Positions 54,247 through 64,000 of a DNA stretch of 64,000 nucleotides are shown here, one piece after another. Within the stretch, counting starts at the first letter, position 1, and each line of letters starts with the position of its first letter. Location of the stretch: positions 116,498,001 to 116,562,000 of the forward strand of contig OZ024741.1 of the NCBI GenBank assembly GCA_964016885.1, read 5' to 3'. The stretch comes from Eledone cirrhosa. Taxonomy: Eukaryota. A program made the translations under genes and the position numbers. The notes beneath the pieces are model-generated. The model saw nothing but the letters and a program-made list of their open reading frames with translations, did not search any database and was not told the DNA's origin.

Positions 54247-54625
54247 ATGGTGAACTAACTGTTGTGATACTACGTCTATATATGTATATATTTATATTTA
54301 TTTTTTGTTGCATTACATTAAAATGCGCATAGGCTTCCCTGTAAGGTGGTAATGCTGATACCATGATAAAAAAGCACCCAGTCCACCCTGTGAGTTGGTG
54401 GTAGTGGTGGTATCACAAGAAAACAAATCTGGTATACAGTGAGGTGATTGGCATTAACCATACCAAAATGGAACATAATAAGCATGACACAGTCATCTGA
54501 CTTATCTGTCTGGCAGTATATGACAACCTGTCTAAGTCATGCAAGCATGGAAAATAAATGTAAAATGATGATAATGATGGTTACAGAATATTGTTTAGAA
54601 ATAGCTACAACTTTATTTATGTATG

Positions 54626-54662
<37 letters not shown>

Positions 54663-54666
<4 letters not shown>

Positions 54667-55007
54667 TCATCATTTCATCATTTCATTTTACGTCCACTTT
54701 TTCCCTGCTTGCAAGAGTGGGACGGGAACTGATTCTGGCTTGATTTCTACAGCTGGACTCTTTCTAACACCAACCTCATTTACAGTGAGTGCTGGGTGCT
54801 TTTTTGCCGTGGCACCTCCACGACCACTTTTCAGTGGAATGATAGGGACCCCAGTCCCTATCATCTCATTTCTACAGCTGAGTAAACTGGAGCAATGTGA
54901 AATAAAGTGTCTTGCTCAAGGAAACAACACATCACTCGGTCTGAGAATTGAACTCACAACCTTTCGATTGCAAGGCCAATGCTCTAACCACTAAGCCATG
55001 TGCCTCC
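54663..55007 (-). mobile_element. Full-length tRNA-derived SINE, inverted relative to the 49593 copy
   Basis: Reverse complement aligns end to end with 49593-49932. Confidence 0.92.
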
Positions 55008-55531
55008 ATCGTTAGAATGCCTTGCAGTATTCATTCTGGCTCTCAGTTCAAAACCTGTGGATGTCAACTTTGCCTTTCATCCTTTCGGGGTCAATAAAAA
55101 AAAAAAAGGTACCAGTTCAGTACTGGAGTCAATTCTTCCTCTAATCCTTTTCTCACTTCCTATCTATCACTCTACCTACCTCTCTCTCTCTCATTTCTCA
55201 AAAATAAATTGGCTGTGTTTAGAGTTGGAGAGGTGATGGGTTTCCCTAGATATAAAATGGCAAAGACATGCTTTATGTCACTGTAGCACCCCTATGACTC
55301 CATCAGGTGTTATGGATTCATACATGAATGTACAAATATACAGCATCAACTGTCCATCCTTTCTGAGCCTGTCCTAATTCAACTAAATGCAAATATTGTG
55401 TCCTTGTGCAATGTTCATGTTTACCTGTCATTTATTTGTCTTTGTTTTGTTTTATATTATTGATATCTCTTATTTTTGTTTGTTTTATGTCAACATACTT
55501 ATTTTATTTATTATTTTTTCTTGTTTTTCAG

Positions 55532-55621
55532 CACATGATCAAGTATAAGTACATCCCATTCACACATGGCAAGGCTGTATATAAGGGGAAGGAAGACTCA
55601 GGAAAGGTCATATCTTCATAG
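55532..55621 (+). CDS. RER1: RER1 last coding exon (HMIKYKYIPFTHGKAVYKGKEDSGKVISS*)
   Basis: Hallmark HMIKY.YIPF..GK..Y; tttttcag| acceptor; TAG stop. Confidence 0.97.
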   Translation, partial: HMIKYKYIPFTHGKAVYKGKEDSGKVISS

Positions 55622-56694
55622 CCTTCCTACCTACTACTAATAAGTGTGGGCTGCATGTGTGTCTATGTATGTATGTATATGTCTGTGTGTGTGTGTCTGT
55701 TCGTATGTATGTAAAGGCATATATTATGTATGTATGCGTGTGTATGTACATATGTATGTTCATATGCATGAATGTCCATGTAGTCACATGTATATATGTT
55801 ATGTATGTGTGTATGTGATTGTATAAATGTGTCTATGTATGTAATCTATAATATGCATGTAAGTGTGTAACTATCTATCTAGGTGTAATTTAGTTCATAT
55901 ATGAATGTGTGCTTGCATATATGTGTATGCTTGTATGTGTGTGTAAATCTTGTCCTAGCCTTTACTAGCTCCTCCTCCTTATCCTCTTTTCTTTCTTCCC
56001 CCTATTGTTTCAAAGCAGTTTATGGCAAAACAGAGAGATTGCTAGTAACAACAGTCCAGAGATGGATGACAAGTGATCCTCCAACTGTATTTCTGCTCAG
56101 CCCTTAATTCATTGCTCCACTTTCACTCATTGACTTCCTAATTAGTTGCCCCTAACTACCCCCTCCCCATCCCTTTCCAATCAGTAACACAAGCAGCAAA
56201 GAAAGAAATGTATTTTTTAAAAAGCCCATCGGCCCACTTTCACTCATTATCTCCCTAATTAGTCACCCCCTAACCTGACCTTCTGCTCTCCAATCAGTAA
56301 CACAAACAGCTAAGAAAGAAAGCTATTCTTCACAAAGCCATAGTATTGACCAAAGTTTCAATAGTTGGCACTGAATCACTATATTTCTGTGAAATGTCAG
56401 AAATATATTTGAAAGCCGAAAAGAATTTTTAGAAGTATCTCATGTTGAAAGTAAGACTGAAATTTCAGGGGATTAATCGTAAACATGGACACACTGACAC
56501 ACAGTCTGGTGTATAAGTCACACTGGTAGATAAGTCACACTCTCCTATTTTACATACAACATTTTGGGTTCACTACTTGATTCACATATATGTTTTTGTA
56601 GGCCCAGTAGTCATATGTTGGTTTTTTTCATTGTTCTGTTATTTATTTTTTATTTTTCATGGAAAAGGGTGTCTCTTATACATACATATTTACA

Positions 56695-57490
56695 GTATGT
56701 ATGTGTATATTTATATGTGTGTGTATATAGTGTATGCATATGTGTGTATATATGTATGCATATATGTGTATGTATATATATGTATATATGTATGTATGTA
56801 TATATGTATGTATATATGTATATATATATATATATATATGTGTATGTATATATATATATGTGTATGTATATATGTGTATGTATATATGTGTATGTATATA
56901 TATATATGTGTATGTATATATGTGTATGTATATATGTGTATGTATATATATATGTGTATGTATATGTATATATGTATGTATATATATATGTGTATGTATA
57001 TGTATATATATGTATATGTATATATGTATGTATATGAATATATGTATGTATATGTATATATATGTATATGTATATATATATATGTATAAATATATATGTA
57101 TAAATATATATGTATATGTATATATGTATATGTATATATATATGTATATATATATGTATATATATATGTATAAATATATATGTATATGTATAAATATATA
57201 TGTATATATATGTATATGTATAAATATATATGTATAAATATATGTATATGTATATATATGTATAAATATATATGTATAAATATATATGTATAAATATATA
57301 TGTATATATATATATGTATGTATATATATATATGTGTATATATATGTATACATATATATATGTGTATATATATGTATATATATATATGTGTATATATATG
57401 TATATGTGTATGTATATGTATGTATGTATATATATGTGTATGTATATGTATGTATGTATATATGTATATATGTATGTATGTATGTATATG
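56695..57490. repeat. (TA/TATG/TAAA) array
   Basis: Direct reading. Confidence 0.97.
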
Positions 57491-57838
57491 TCACAGGCTG
57501 GTTTAGAATTTTTTTTCATGTGTGTAGAAAAAGGTGCAACTTACGAAAGACTATATATATGTAGTTAACCTTAGTCTGGTGGTATTTATTTTTTGTTGAT
57601 TATAAATTAGTTGCAAGGTCTGTATAGAAAGTAACGTTTAGTGGGTTTTTGTTTCAAATACTGATGACTGAGAAGCTCAGTATTTTGTGGTGGTGGGGTG
57701 AGGTTAAATGCTTCATTCCCGACCCCATCCCCCTTTCCAATTCTGCAACCTATTGCTTCTTCCAAGACTGATTAGCACCTAATCTCCTTAAGTTTTGTCA
57801 GTATATATGTGTGCATGTCTTTGTATGTATATCTCTGC

Positions 57839-57899
<61 letters not shown>

Positions 57900-57902
<3 letters not shown>

Positions 57903-58212
57903 GGTTGTCCCCCGGTATTCGTGGGGCTTACATTCCTAGAGCACTTGCGAAGAGCGAAAAACTGCAAATATTGGACGTGGCCCGTAAAAATGCCTATAAA
58001 CAGCAAAACATGAGGTAAAATATAGGCCGGTAAATATGGTATATTGTTATTAATAATTTAGTATTCAAAAGTGTGAAAAAAAATATATTGCCACGAAAAA
58101 AGTTGTTAAAAAAATCACGAAGAGATTTATGATTCCGCAAATATATGGTGGTTTCCATGAACAATTGTTAGTTAGGCTCTAAGGAAAATCCCGCAAATGC
58201 TGAGGGTATATA

Positions 58213-58213
<1 letters not shown>
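57900..58213. mobile_element. Degenerate pogo/Tigger-like MITE
   Basis: Left end cggttgtcccccggtattcgtgggg resembles the reverse complement of right end cccgcaaatgctgagggtatatag; TA flanks. Confidence 0.5.
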
Positions 58214-58259
<46 letters not shown>

Positions 58260-58260
58260 T

Positions 58261-58292
<32 letters not shown>

Positions 58293-58756
58293 TTATTAAA
58301 ACCAACAGACTTGAGTTGCTTCATACCTTGGATATTTTTGCCTACCTATTACTACTATGTATATATGTGTGTGTTTATGTATGTATGTGTGTGCGTGTGC
58401 ATGTATATATGTGTATGTATTTACTTATAGAGATGTAAGTTACTGTTTGTTCTTTTTTTATTTCCACTCCTCCTTGGTTTGTAGTATATGTGAATATATT
58501 TGTGTATACAGCTGTTTATATACATATCTACATATAAAACACATGTTTGAACATTTCAAATGAAAAGAACAAAGCTATAACTATGTGTGTGTAATTATAT
58601 ATAACATAAACATGGTCCAATTAACATTTGCACTAATTAGAAAAATTGCAAAGTGGAACATCTAACACACAAAAGAAAAAAACTAACAAAAAAACAAAAA
58701 ATAAATCAAAACCGAAAAAAACAAAAAAAAACAACGTACAATAAGATGAAATAGAC

Positions 58757-63430
<4,674 letters not shown>

Positions 63431-63897
63431 TAAACACACACACATACATGCATACTATTTTGAGAGTTATCTCAATAATGATTTTCTCTATTGAGTTATT
63501 TCAATAATAAAACTATTAATTTTCTCCTTCCATATTATTTTCTTTTGTATTTTTATTTTATTTTTATACTATGTATGTTTCTTATATTCATAATTCCATC
63601 TAACATATGCATGCTCTTTCTCTCTCTCTCTTCCTTGGCATCTTTTTAACATGGACAATGGTAAATGACAATTGGTAATGAAGAGCACTTTGTGTGTGTG
63701 AGAGAGAGAGAGAGAGTGACAAAGAGTGTTAAGTGATAGAGAGGGAAGTATATGAAAGAGAAAGAGAGGGGGACAGGGGGGTAGTATTTATTTTTCTGTT
63801 TCTTTACTAAGTTAGTCAGTTAGTCTATCGGGATTGTAGCTTCATTTGTGGTCCCAGTTTTAGTTTAACTCACACACACACACACACACACACACAC

Positions 63898-63965
<68 letters not shown>

Positions 63966-64000
63966 AAATGTATATATATATGCATATACATACATATATA

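Noticed and set aside
57656-57685. CTGATGA followed by hairpin ctgag-aag-ctcag
   Set aside because: No GAAA or cleavage triplet follows; not a hammerhead

Overview
Repeat-dominated eukaryotic genomic DNA. The AT richness, the huge TA/TATG microsatellite arrays and the SINE/LINE types suggest a cephalopod (Octopus-like); this is inference only. One host gene is supported: RER1 on the + strand, 6 coding exons at 46170-55621, 191-192 aa, all GT-AG introns, with the non-coding first exon not located. The rest is nested mobile DNA. It includes several RTE-clade LINE families: A and C, whose ORF2 has a C4HC3 PHD-type finger inserted inside the RT, and a near-intact full-length APE+RT family B. It also includes tRNA-derived SINEs with RTE tails, two non-autonomous Helitrons, a DD34D mariner, a DD41D deletion derivative, TTAA piggyBac-type MITEs and a CR1-like fragment. 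Penelope-like remnants carry minimal hammerhead ribozymes, one intact and one inside a nested fold-back in an RER1 intron. The long YIYI/MYVC ORFs in the ORF track are microsatellite artefacts. Most interesting: the PHD-in-RT LINEs, the hammerhead/fold-back elements, the one-strand A>G polarity of all large (TA)n arrays with signs of RT-linked microsatellite copying, and an inverted SINE pair bracketing a frame-neutral block of three RER1 exons.
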